From NCBI GenBank assembly GCA_963920595.1, contig OY986950.1, positions 4,712,001 to 4,776,000 of the forward strand: DNA of 64,000 nt. Reading direction: 5' to 3'. Origin of the DNA: Eimeria praecox (lineage: Eukaryota). Within the stretch, counting starts at the first letter, position 1. Each line of letters starts with the position of its first letter. Position numbers and translations under genes: made by a program. The notes beneath the pieces were generated by a model. That model saw nothing but the letters and a program-made list of their open reading frames with translations, was not told the DNA's origin and searched no databases. This document shows, piece by piece, positions 25,389 through 37,181 of the stretch.

Positions 25389-25698
25389 TAGATAGATAGA
25401 TAGATATAGATATAGATAAAGATATATAGATATATAGATATATAGATATATAGATATATAGATATATAGATATATAGATATATAGATATATAGATATATA
25501 GATATATAGATATATAGATATATAGATATATAGATATATAGATATATAGATATATAGATATATAGATATATAGATATATAGATATATAGATATATAGATA
25601 TATAGATATATAGATATATAGATATATAGATATATAGATATATAGATATATAGATATATAGATATAGATATAGATATAGATATATAGATATAGATAGA
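25301..25698. repeat. Compound microsatellite (CTAT)-(CT)n-(AT)n-(AGAT)n-(AGATATAT)n
   Basis: Directly visible; intergenic. Confidence 0.97.
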
Positions 25699-27441
25699 CT
25701 GCTTTCTCCGTGGGACGCTCACTTTAGTCCTTCCTCTCTAGAGGAGGCGAAGCCCGTTGAGAACGGTGTGAGGATCATTCTGCGTCGCTCCCCCGCACAT
25801 AAACCTCAATAGTGTCATTTGGAGGCTGCGTACTTACCATCTGTCGAGTGACCCTTAGCATGCTTAGGGTCTTTCCGTGGTGTACTGACCCAACATAAAG
25901 GCCCCGTGCTATAATAGTATGGCTTATTTCTGACCATAGCTTTCATTGCGTGCCTACAGTTTTACCGACTCTCGCAGACTGTTTGGCATCGGCGATGAGT
26001 AGTCGCAGAGACTGTACTGGATAAGCACAGACTTGACTGAGGATCTGCCGGTGATGATTTTTATCTCTTAGGCCGGAAATGACTTACGAATTCTTAATCA
26101 ACTCTTCTTGCTGTAAAAGCACTTTGGTCAGGATACGATGCGGATACTGTGCTTGCTACAGTGCGACGAGGCCCCCAGCCATTGGCCGCTTCGCCAATGA
26201 AGGACACATAAATTTCAATCTTGCTTATGGAAGAGGAGAGAGAGGCTGGAGACTTGGCAAATATTGTTCGGGGGAACTTACAGATTTTTTCTAAAACTCT
26301 TTCCCTTTGATTCACTGCTATGCACCAGGTCGTCCTTGTAGAGACCAGCGTGCCCAGCTGTTACTACTGGTGGCTCAACTTGGTGCACACCCTGCACCTA
26401 TTAGCCGGACAGCTACTCCTTGCAGATATCACTTAAATATGCTCTTAAAACACATTCGAGTTCATAGTGTGTAAAAGGGAGATCCAAGAATAACAGATCT
26501 GGCTGGCTCCCCCCCGGAGAGGGTCTGAGCCAGGGCAACTGCGTCAGCCTCACGGTCTGCCCTAGGCCTCTTGTACGCGGACGAACACTCTTAACTCATT
26601 TGATCTTTTCTATCTAAAGAGTTCCACTATAAGCGTGTTTATATTTCTAGTTGTTCCCTTTCGTGAAACTAGACCTCTGAGGTTATCACATGCGCTCTAT
26701 TGTAGCGCGCGTGCACTACAGTCGTGCTGTACAGGTAAGGTTCGTTGCGTGCACGTGTTGCAATGAACAGTACTGCGCTACCAAGCATAGCTCCTCAATC
26801 ATACCCGCGAACCGTCACGAGCTCCTCTCCAATCAGTGACTCGAGAAAAACGTTTCCAAAATGAATATGTCATCCCGTGTAGCCTCCAAGCGCCCTGTAC
26901 ACGGCGACCGAAGGGCCTCAGGCTAATAAGGAGATAAACCGGCCTGCCAAGAGTTACAAGTGACTTAATGCAGCTCCTGCTCTAAGGCACTCCTACATAC
27001 AAGCATACCCAAATCAGTTTTTGGTACATCCACCAACAAGGCTTACAGTCATCAAAATGTATGAGGAAAACCAGCTTGCAAATAAAGTAAAGATACATAT
27101 ACCACCTTCAGACAGGCAACGCTACAGCTTCTCAGTTGGGAACTTACGCTGGCATAGCCGCAACGCTTGATGCACCAACAATCGTCGCCATACTCGTCAT
27201 ACGCCAGCGTTTACTTGAGCATAGCTCAGTAACATTTGGCAGTTAGGTTCTCTGTTGCGTGGGGCTCCTAGTGGAGACGAAGCGAGGCCTCCCTTCCACG
27301 TAAGGGGTAAGCTGAACACAGCAGCGAGCCTATCCCCTAGCACCATCAAAGCCTTACGTAAATGATCTCACAGCACAGAAAAATGGTGGCCTGCATCCCC
27401 ACCCCAAAACTGGCCTGAGTATGCAGGCTGAGACACCCGCC

Positions 27442-27513
27442 GCGTTAGTAGTCCAACGGTTAGGATACCTGCCTTCCAAGCAGGCGACCCGGGTTCGACT
27501 CCCGGCTGACGCA
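27442..27513 (+). tRNA. tRNA-Gly (anticodon TCC)
   Basis: Acceptor stem GCGTTAG/CTGACGC, D region TAGTCCAACGGTTAGGA, anticodon arm CCTGC-CTTCCAA-GCAGG, T arm CCGGG-TTCGACT-CCCGG, discriminator A, followed by a TTTT Pol III terminator. Confidence 0.96.
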
Positions 27514-28949
27514 GTTTTCCCGGTTTTCTCGTCCCCTGTGTGCTTCGCAATTTTTGCGTTTTTAGGCATGCATTAAATGTATTGTGCCCCTAGCTAACAG
27601 CTCTCCTCAAAATACTATACAGTACTGTAACAGGCTTCGTCAATGCTGTATGCAATACGCCAAAAATTGAGCTCCCATTTTAGTTATCAATACGTGAAGG
27701 CCCACTCGTGGTCTTTCCGAAATTCCTAGTCAGCCTGGTTTGGGACACCGTGTCCTGTAGGCCCATAAGAAGCAAGGCTGAGGATAGCAGTGCTCGCAGG
27801 CGAGCTATACTGAAAGCAAACTTGGGAGCCTTGGGGGTAGGCTTTCACTCGTCTTTGCAACCAGGCGGCTCCTCGCTACGCAGCGCTGTGCCAGGCAGTA
27901 CCAATTTCGATAGCGAGCGTTGAAGTTCTGTTGACCTGCCCGCGCTGTCCCTCGGGAGTGTCTGCTATAGGCTTGGGTATATCTTCTAGCCGTTAGTATT
28001 AGAGTTCATATGAGTTTATGCATGGGTTCTGTGAGTTTCTGCTTCAATAGTAAAGGCTGAAAGGCAGCCCCCCAATCCACATGGACGTCAATATAATGCA
28101 GGATTAGGTTTTCTAGGTGATTTTGTAAATACTTTAAACATATTCCTTTTTCTGTGGGTGTTCTTTTGAAATTGACTTCCTAAAATTATTTTCTCCTATT
28201 CTCCAATTAATTAAAAATGAAGTGAATCAGATTTGAACTGATGAAAATTTAAAAGCCGACGGAGTTACAGGCCCGTACCGTCTGAGATTCTAGTCATTCG
28301 TCGTCGCACGTTTTTTCTTGTTCGTGCACTGCAAAAGTTTCAACAGCAGATGCTAGCAAAGTGAAGATGTAAGCTATGCTTGTAGCGAGAGTCCTCAGCC
28401 TTAGCACAGGACAGTTGGGTGCTAAAATAGGGTGGAAAAACTCAAAAAAACGTTTTCTACAAAGCAGTTGACACTTTTCCAGTCTCCAGGCGTCCAGGGC
28501 ATACCGGCACCAGGGCCTATGGAGGATGCGAAGAGGAGGCAGGCTCTCAAGAGCTGCAGCAATCCTTGTTGCAAGTGCTGCTGCAAGGCAATCCCACACG
28601 CATACTTACTAACGTTTACACGTGACGCATGCTCTGCCACCGTAGGAAACTCGGCTCTCAGTAGCGAGCCTGCGCGTAAGCACCAAAGCATGCAGCAACG
28701 TCGGACAGAGGCCATGCAGCATTTGCTCCCCCTCTCCCACCAAAAGGCACATAAGCGCCCTTTAACGTGTAATTCTCGCTTTCCTCGACCTCTGCGCGTC
28801 ACTGCTCGCGCCTTCAAGAAACTAGTTCAATTCAGTTGTTCATTCTCGCGATGGCCTTACTGCCCAGTTGTCGGACGAGCTCGACGGAATATCGGCAATT
28901 CCTTGAACCATATAAGGCAGGCATAAGTGGAATAGCGGTATCTCTATTT

Positions 28950-29650
28950 TGGCATGGTTTAACCCAATACAATACAATCCGAAGAACAGCAAAGGGCCCT
29001 ACCCAAAACGTGGTAAGCTTCTTCGGCTGTTTCCCTTTCGGCCAGCACAGGTGAATGCCGGAATCCACTAAATCTAAGTTCCCTAGGCTGCAAGTAACAA
29101 ATCAACAGACATCAACGAAATAGCAATGCTCTACAGTTAGCGTTGGTCTTCACTTTAGTGGTTCCAAATCTCAAGCCCCTACACTCATGGCGCGCTACAG
29201 CTGCATAAAGAGCCACATTAAAGTCCGAAAGGATGTTGCCGTGCCCTGACTGAGCAGAGCTGACGGGGAGCGCCAACTACTGCATACTTTGAGGGGCTGC
29301 ACTAGATCTATCCCTGCCCGCCCTAACAAACGCGCTTGCTTGTACGGGCAAGCCCGTGTTCGCTGCAGCGACCGTTTCTTTTGCAGTCGCTGACACCTAC
29401 CGCTCAAGCTTCTCGTCAGGAAGAGATGCATTCTCTGGGCTCTTTTTTTCAGTAGGGGAAGCGCCTGCTGAGAGGAACTACCTAGCTCCGGATAGCTCCA
29501 TACCGCGGTTATTAGCGCCACAGGTGCCCTCCACTCCCTACAGTCATGAATAAGCCGTGCTCAGGAACAGTTCTACTACAGCTTTGCAGTTACAGTCCGC
29601 TCCTGCGCATTCTGTGCAAACTATGCTGGCTCTTATGGCTGCATGGATAC
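28950..29650 (-). mobile_element. Decayed Ty3/gypsy (chromovirus-like) integrase C-terminal fragment
   Basis: Minus-strand translation FVTCSLGNLDLVDSG...KGKQPKKLTTFWVGPFAVLRIV resembles the gypsy integrase GPY/F module (F-x-VGDLVLV...KL-xx-W-x-GPF-x-V). Flanks are full of stops; the extent is uncertain. Confidence 0.5.
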
Positions 29651-30435
29651 GAAAGCCCCTCTGCTTGTGGATCTGTTATCTCTGACTTCTCCCCCTTCGA
29701 AATTAAGATGTACGCAATGCCCTGCCCTGAAGCCGAATATTCGGGCACAAAGTGACTACCTATTTAGGTGAAAATGGCGAAGGGAGGAAACTGAACCTGC
29801 ACTGCAACCTCAACAAGTCTATACGGGGTACGATGCAAGGCATTTGAAACCAAACGAAACGCAAACACTGAACCAAAAGAAATTAAAATGCTGGAAGACA
29901 GCGGAGTCCTCGGGAAGCACTTTCTGCTTCCAGCCATCATCAGGTGTGCATACACCCCACGAACCATCCCCACTCCCTCGCAGCTCCTTCCACCAAAGAC
30001 AACATGAATACGAACAAGCATAGCAACCAATCACCAAACGCTCATGTTGCGCTGAATATTTGCAGGTAGCCAGCAGCCAGACCCCCTAGAAGCAAGCTTA
30101 TCGCCGAAAGGGATGTGCAGCACCAAGAGGGCAGATCTGTTGCCGAAGTTGTCGCTCGCCCCCTCAAAAAAGAAACCCTTGACTTGAATTTGCTTCAGTT
30201 ACTATTGGAACTGTTGAAGTGCCACTCCTACAGCTTGCTTTCCCGTTGAGAAGGGCGCTGTACAGCGGCTGTCGGCAGAAGAACGGGGCAGCGGGCTCCC
30301 TAAGGCGCAATTGCGCATGCAAGCACCAGGGCATCAAGTCGCATGCAAGTTAACGAGCCTACCCGCTGGCCTACCACCAGCACCGACTTCAGTCCATGCA
30401 GCGGCATAAAGTAAACGCGACCAATCAACCAAAGA

Positions 30436-32288
30436 TCAAGGCGTTGCTGCAGCTGGTGCTGCTGTTTCCCCTACTGCTACTGCTGTTGCGGCCTCGGCCC
30501 TGGTGATGACCTCGTAGTTAAGCCACAGCGTGAGGCAAAAACTGATGCAGCAGCAGAGGTGAAAGAGTTCGTGGAAGCCGAAGAATGCAGGGAACGGGTC
30601 TGGCCACCGGCTACCGTACACCAAAGCCCCAACTATATAAAATGCGGCAAGAGCCACTACCAACGTAACTTCTTTCACCGTCAATACAGACACATATGCT
30701 TTCAGAAAGGTGGCGTGCAGCAACCCGATTCCTATGTACGTGTACGCCCGGCGCAGCCGCGCTCCCGAAGATAAATCCCCGAACAAGATGGTCCAAAACC
30801 CTACAGAAAGCACATACATACTCAGTTGAGTGCATGCATGCATAGATGCTCTCCATCGAAGCAAGACTGCACAGGCACTTCCTCATCAAGCCACAAACCT
30901 GGTGTCCAGTTGCTCTATGGAGCACCAAATAGCGCGCGCCATGAGTGCACTGAGCGGCACAATCTACTCACACTCCACCAACTGCAGGAGACGCCTCTAG
31001 CGTACCTACATTCAGCTACCATTCAGGGTGTTAAAGAAACGGCACAGCACAGCAAGGCGAGCACCTTGCCAGATATTTTCCGGGGCGAGAGGTATGTGCA
31101 CTACATAGTGGCATTCAAACAATGGCATACAAACGGCTCCTTGGACCACACACCCCATTTCTGCTGTCATTTTCTGAGCATCTTCTCTCTTCAAAGCAAA
31201 AGGCCAAAGCGACTCAATACCCACCATACAACGTCGCGAGCCCCTGGACAGAGAGCAGAAGTACCGATGGCCAGAAATCAAACAGTAGCAGGGGTATGGG
31301 TGTTGTACAGCTGCTGATGACTACAAATATGCCTGTCACACACATGACAGAGCAACATGAAAATAAAAATGCAGGCATATACTACCTAGGGATGAATGAT
31401 ACAAAACCACTGATGGGACGTGGTAGTGGGTAGTGCAGAGAGTGCAGACGGGAAAACAGCTGGATGCACCGTAATTTATCCCAGTGAACCGAACCGGCCT
31501 GCCTACACAGGTGAAGAAACCTAGTTTGTCTCTATTTTGTCATTCGCTTTTCATGTGCTTAGCAGTTTTAAATAATACACAGAATGACTGATGAGTCCTG
31601 CGAATGGGGTGTATGTACAGCTGTGCACTAGAAAAGGGAAAAGCAGTGGAGATTGAGCAGCATCGGCAGTAAGCGACGAATACCAATAAACAAATAGCAG
31701 CATCCAACAAACACTTAACAAAAGATGCAACAGTTCCCAGCAGGCAGCACTCCCCAATAGCGGATCAGCAAGAAAGAAACAAGGCAGGGCTAACAGCATA
31801 CCTGCATGGTCAATTTTAACAACAAGTGAACGCCACTGTGGCCCCAAGCTGGCGCTGTGCAGCAGAGCGCTGGCTGCGAAGTTCGTGAGGAAAGCAAAAC
31901 AGCTGATCGACGCAGCAAGGAGGCTGATGAGTCGTCTGCATGCACTCAGCAGCAGCACAACCCACACGGGAGCCAAAAGGAAAAGCCCCAAATGAATCTT
32001 CCCCCTCAGCTTCGGCCTTATCAGTAGCACGTCTTCATCGCTGCCATACACGCACGCCGCTGCTTCTCTACCCCCCACATCGGACGATGAAATAGACCTG
32101 TATTTCACCGCCCTGGAATGGCGTGCCGCACGCACAGCCTCGCTAGAACAGGCAGAATTCGTAGAACCGATCGACCCTTCAGAGTTCATGCCCTTGCCCA
32201 ATTCCTGTTGTTGCTGCAGCTGTTGCGGCTGCTGCCGCACAGCAGGTGCAGCGTCGCCGCTGCTCTTAACCTTGGCTAGGAATGACAT
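30436..32288 (-). CDS. Hemolysin-III / PAQR family multi-pass membrane protein
   Basis: Three exons, 32288-31802, 31332-31225 and 30800-30436, joined by phase-consistent GT-AG introns. Motifs RPKLRGKIH, SALLH, KIDHAGIFVVISSCTTP and YIVGALVYGSRWPDPFPAFFGFHELFH are characteristic of the HlyIII family. Confidence 0.92.
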
Positions 32289-32419
32289 GCCAAAGTTCTC
32301 ATGCGTTCCCTGTGGGTAGTTCGAGCTATGCAAAGCCCGGAAAGCAAGAGGAATGCGGGACAGAGAAGCCTGCTGCACAGCTGAGGCAGCAAGGCCACGA
32401 AGCTAGGGCGCTTTAACGT

Positions 32420-32743
32420 TCAGTAATGGGGATTCCTGGTGCCACTAGGCTGATAGCGGCTTCTTTCTGCAATAAACAAGTGACAGAAACACTTGTGCTG
32501 CTGCTGCTTCTGAAGGCCTGAACATGTCATGAGTGCTCCAGCCGTAGCCAGCGAAGCTGCGAGAAAGAGAGCAAAAGCCCCCGAGGCCGCCACTATGGCG
32601 ACAAGAGGTCGTGGAAATATGAAAGCAAATGCTGGAAGTCCGCCGTAAAATGGAGAAAGAGAAAGCCAGAGGATTATGTACACTCCAAACACCACTGTCC
32701 ACACCAAACCAATCAGAGCTCTGCAGCGCCAGGAAGACAGCAT
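32420..32743 (-). CDS. DPM2-like small two-TM protein (dolichol-phosphate-mannose synthase regulatory subunit)
   Basis: First ATG at 32743, 107 aa. LIGLVWTVVFGVYIILWLSLSPFYGGLPAFAFIFPRPLVAIVAASGAFALFLAASLATAGALM fits the DPM2 pattern TM1-Y..W....PF-(10)-FP...A-TM2. Confidence 0.6.
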   Translation of the reverse strand: MLSSWRCRALIGLVWTVVFGVYIILWLSLSPFYGGLPAFAFIFPRPLVAIVAASGAFALFLAASLATAGALMTCSGLQKQQQHKCFCHLFIAERSRYQPSGTRNPHY

Positions 32744-34299
32744 CGCCGAGTCTTCTGTCGCCACTCAAATCAAGAGTGAGAAGGTATAAACCCTGATAAT
32801 GGTGTTACCTCAACCAATAGTGGGAAACCAACCAACAGCCCCTCAAACAATCATTCGACCTAAGCCGACTGCACTCAGACCGAGACGCCCTGACATGCAC
32901 TCCCCGCTGCAGCTTGATGTAGTGACGGCACTCTAGCAATAATATGGACAACTTTAACTCTAATAAAATAACTACAGACAGACCCAATAAGATCTGCTAA
33001 CGCACAGCAGGAGCTGCGCATACACCCCGCAATCCAGATAGTGCTTTGGTGTCGTGTGCACTCCTATGCGCAACGGTGAGGGAATCTTCAACGTAGCCTT
33101 CATGCTTTCCTCAGTTTTACTTTGGAAATTGAACTTCAATGGAATGGATTTTTCAAGACATGCAGTCTAGCAAGCTTTTTCAGCTGCCGCTTGTGGCTGC
33201 TGCTCTGTCCCGAAGTACGCGGTTGGCCATGCAGGAATAAAGTAGATGGCTTAGGGCTTACTGCTAATAGTATACATTGAGGAAGAAACACATGAAATTG
33301 AGGAGAAACCTTTGGATATTTGTTCGCGTGAGCAGGGAAGCTACAGAGTCCGCAACTGAGGCATCTTGTAATGAAGTTACTGCCGAACCTCAAACTGATT
33401 GTAACATGCTCTGAGTGATGCTGAAACGCCTATCTCTAGTTGCTCTCAGGCTCACAATGGAGTATCAAGTAACTGTTTAAAGACTGCCTACAGTACAGTG
33501 GACAATACTAGCGTAGGCAGCAAAAGGGGTAATGGCTGTGCGTGTATGAGGGACTGCCTTGCAGCGCTAGCTGCAGCCTGCAGGCTTGCCAATGGTCACA
33601 GCATCTCAGTCCCTTAGGAAGTGTGCTTACGAAGCCTGGGGACTGATGGAAGGGGGGATTACGAGAATCCTCTTTCATAGCGCCGGGAGCTTCAAAGTCG
33701 AATTCCTTCAGAAGCAGTTCACAAAAAGCAGTTAATCACCCCGCCAGCCTCCTGGCCTCCTGAGCCCATAGGTACAAAGACAGGGAGCTGAGCCTGGCGC
33801 CCAGCGCAGGAAGGCAACGCCGTGTTGGAGTTCCCAGCGCGCCTGCCCTTAATGCGACACAGCGGCAACAAGTTGCTGTGCCGGCTTCATCGGTTCCTCC
33901 TGCCCAAACACCTCCCCAAAATTAGATTGTGTCCGCAGACTCTAATTAACATTTGAGCTTTGCCATTTTATAACGGTTCTTCTCCTTCCCTCTCGACTAC
34001 CTTGCCAACATGTGGGTACCTTGCAACAAAGCAAGGGACTGCTCCGAGAATGTGTTCCGTTCATAAGTTGTGCGTGCAGCGGTTGGCTGCCCCACTGAAA
34101 GCTGCTTGCTGCTGAGTACTGCCGAGAATTTTCTCTTCAACTTTGCCAACTTTTGCTGCTCCGCGGGTGCTTGTTGGGCTGAACCCCAGCAAATGGAGTT
34201 TTCATATGACCTTCACGACGATGTGGATGCCTTCCTCCACCATTCCTTGCAATGTTTCTGCACTGCATTGGAGCCTCCGAGGAGAAAGGAGCCTTTCTC

Positions 34300-35700
34300 C
34301 TTGGGCCACTTATTCCACTCCACCTACCACAGAGGACACAGATGCTGTTGGGAGGATGTAGTGCTGCACTCTGTCATAGTTTCCCGGCAGACAGACCACA
34401 GCATCGCCCTCTGGATGGATGATGCGTGCCCTCCACTGGACAATCCAGGGCATGCCTGGGTTTAGATCGGGGTAAAGTGGTCCATCGTAAACGTCCAGTG
34501 TCACCCTAACAGGACCCATTCTGAATAGATATTACATGGTAACTTCACTGTTTTATGGACTGCCGCGTCCTTCCTGCCGCCGGTGAAGCGTAGGCGTAAA
34601 GACTGCGCCCAAGAGTGGACCGGTGTATAGGCACCTCCCCGCTGCAGTTCCACATATCACATTGACTTCTCTGCCTCCGCCGGTTGGAACTAGGAATTCC
34701 TGACCATTAATACGAGCTGTTGATAAGCCAAGAGTTGGCTTCCGGAGAATCTGCAGATGCGGCTGTCGTCTACGTCGGCCTTTTCACTTCATTGTATGCT
34801 GCGTGGTGGCCAGGATGTTTCCAGGATCGTTCTGTTCGCTGGCCTGGTGGCAACGCTTGCAGTTTTGCTACTCCAACTCATAGTTCTGTTAATGCTCATA
34901 GCACTTTGAATTTATTGACCTCGCTTATTGCAAAAGCAGCTGGGGATCGGGAGTCCCCTACAGATTCGAATCCGCCAGCTGCAGTGGGCTGTCACTTGTC
35001 CTTTCTTGGAGGAGGGCTAGCATGTGTAGTCTTAATAACCGTAAGCTTTCTTCCTGGATTATTCCCACACCCGCTTTCACCCTTCTCGATTAGGAAGATT
35101 AAAGTGTGCTTTTTCTCTCACTGACTCGTGAATACGATGCCCTCGCAGCGAGTTCAACACTTTCAGCCGGTTGTTCCTGTGCCGCCGCCCAGCTGGTTGC
35201 CGACCGCCTCTCTCTGGGGGACAGCTCTGCTATGAACGGCTTATAAAGAACTTCCCAGGCCGCCGCTGGACTCGTGTTCGCCAGGGGCTGATGCAGCTCC
35301 TTATTGGTGGTTTCCCTTGTGTACGGTTCCTCAGTTTTGTCTTAGCCTGTTCCGTTGCCGGCCTGGCGATAAATTTATAGTGCGACTCCGGATACGCTCT
35401 GGAAAGGTTGGTGCTACTGCTTGGCAACAGCCACAAGTTTTGTGGCTGTCCTGCCAATCATGATGACTCCAAAAAGGTGTGCAGATCTTCAGACGAAGAT
35501 ACACCTTCAGAGGATTAAGCAGTTCCTCTCGCGCCCTTCCACCGCGGTTTCAGTCATACTTGGACTTTTGACAAATGCTGAGGTATTTATCACGAACAGT
35601 GTTGGGTGTAAAAGCATTTTTAGCTGGACGGGCCACAGACAGTGGCCCCGTTCTGATGCGATGACGAACATAGGCACTGGCCATCCCCCCACCAGTCTTC
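34300..35700 (-). mobile_element. Decayed Ty3/gypsy gag-protease remnant
   Basis: Frameshifted minus-strand pieces in the expected order: gag-like SKYD*NRGGRAREELLNPLKVYLRL (~35550-35480) and KFIARPATEQAKTKLRNRTQGK (~35375-35310), then protease-like ARINGQE (~34715-34695), LRLRFTGGRK and TLDVYDGPLYPDLNPGMPWI (~34500-34440; compare YDVILGMPWL). The catalytic DSG is lost and I found no LTRs. Confidence 0.5.
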
Positions 35701-37181
35701 ATTATTCGACAAAGTAAATCGAAGACCCATTTTAGCGCATGCACTGACACTGTAGGCATTGCTACACAGAGTTATACGGACACACTTCGAGCAGATCATG
35801 CTACAGACGCAAGGCCCTTAATATGCTGCTGCCCACTAAAAGCTTTGGCCGTCATTAGGCCCAGTTGGTTTTGCCGTCTGTATACCCATGGTGAGCGGTG
35901 CTTAAGGGAAGTTAAGGTGTACGTCAAATTGCCCGTGAAACAGTTGAAGGAACGGGCAATGTAAAAAAAGGAAGGGACCTGCATGCGTGTTGGGGCATGT
36001 ACTTGCGCATTTGCTTTTCTACCACCCTGCGTCCGTCTGTGCTCGTTGTGTGTCTCTCGGTAACGCTACCTGGTCGAGCTTCTCTCTTTGCCTGCCCTTC
36101 TATCTGTTGATCTCTCCATATTTTGTCTCTCTGCTTGCTTTCACCAGCTCCCGGTGTCGTTTGTGTTTGCGTGCAAGCAAAAGATGTCCCATTCCTCGAA
36201 TGGTTGCTGCAGGTGTGTGCCCGCGTATGTCTGTCTCCTTTCCTGCCTCTTCCGCCTTGTGGTCCCTTCTGTCTGTTTGTGTCTCAAAACGGCTTAATTG
36301 CTGTTTATGGCGCGAGTTTCGCTGGTTTATCTGACGGCTCATTTGGGAAAGAAAAAGAGGGTAAGGCATATACAGGCAAAAAGAGAAACAGGTGATGACG
36401 CAAAGAGAGGAAGACCAACAAAACGACGAAGACTAAAGCCGAGAAAAAACAAATACAGACAAATTGAAAAAAGAAAGAACAAACAGAGGCGAGCAAAAAC
36501 AACAGAAAATTGGCAGAAGCATGCACTCAAAGGCAAGGCCAGACACAGAGGCCGACACGAGTAACGGCGGAAAAGGCAAAATTGAAAGCAGACAAAAAGA
36601 GAGGCAAAAAAGCACAGACAATACAAAAACACGCAGGTGGAGCTGAAGGAAAATTGATATACCGAAGAAAAGGAGCCCCAGAAATAGAGGCAGGGAGCGA
36701 AAAATACGAAACGAGACGACTACAGATACAGGTGCATGCGCGGGCAGTGGGAGGCAGATCTGGGAGGGCGAAGACAGCAAGCCATAAGGACGAAAAACAG
36801 AGACAGAAGCAAAGACAGAAGACAGGTGCGCAAAGCCACCTGCAAAATAGGAACAGGTCAGGGATGCACTGCCCCATCAAGGGTTAAGAATCTCATAAAT
36901 GGGCATAAATGCTTCCGGTTTGCCCACTCCAGCTGTATATGCATTCTAGTAACTATTTCGTGCTTGAAATGCTGCTGTTCGGTGCTCAGTTCCCTCATTC
37001 TATCCTCTAGAAGAACAGAAGTGGAGAACATGAATCTGCACTGTCTGCAACAATTAAGGCCTTCTTGCTGCAGCGCCTGCTGCTGCAAAAAAGCCTTGAG
37101 TGCACGCAGCAACTTCTGCCGCGGCAGTTGCTGCCGTGCAAGTATGTCTCTGCGGCAGGTGCAGCAGAGCACGGGGTTTAA

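Noticed and set aside
25348..25722. 124-aa [11 protein letters not shown]
   Set aside because: Translation of the (AGATATAT)n microsatellite.
26100..27250. Faint gypsy pol-like words on the minus strand (LRSCSVACLKVVYVS, READAVAL, TAGHAGLYK)
   Set aside because: The order is suggestive (RT, RNase H, integrase zinc finger), but each match is too weak to call without an HMM search.
36000..36860. T/C-rich block followed by an A/G-rich block suggesting a long hairpin, plus Lys/Arg-rich ORFs
   Set aside because: Only compositional complementarity; no alignable inverted repeat found, and the ORFs follow from base skew.
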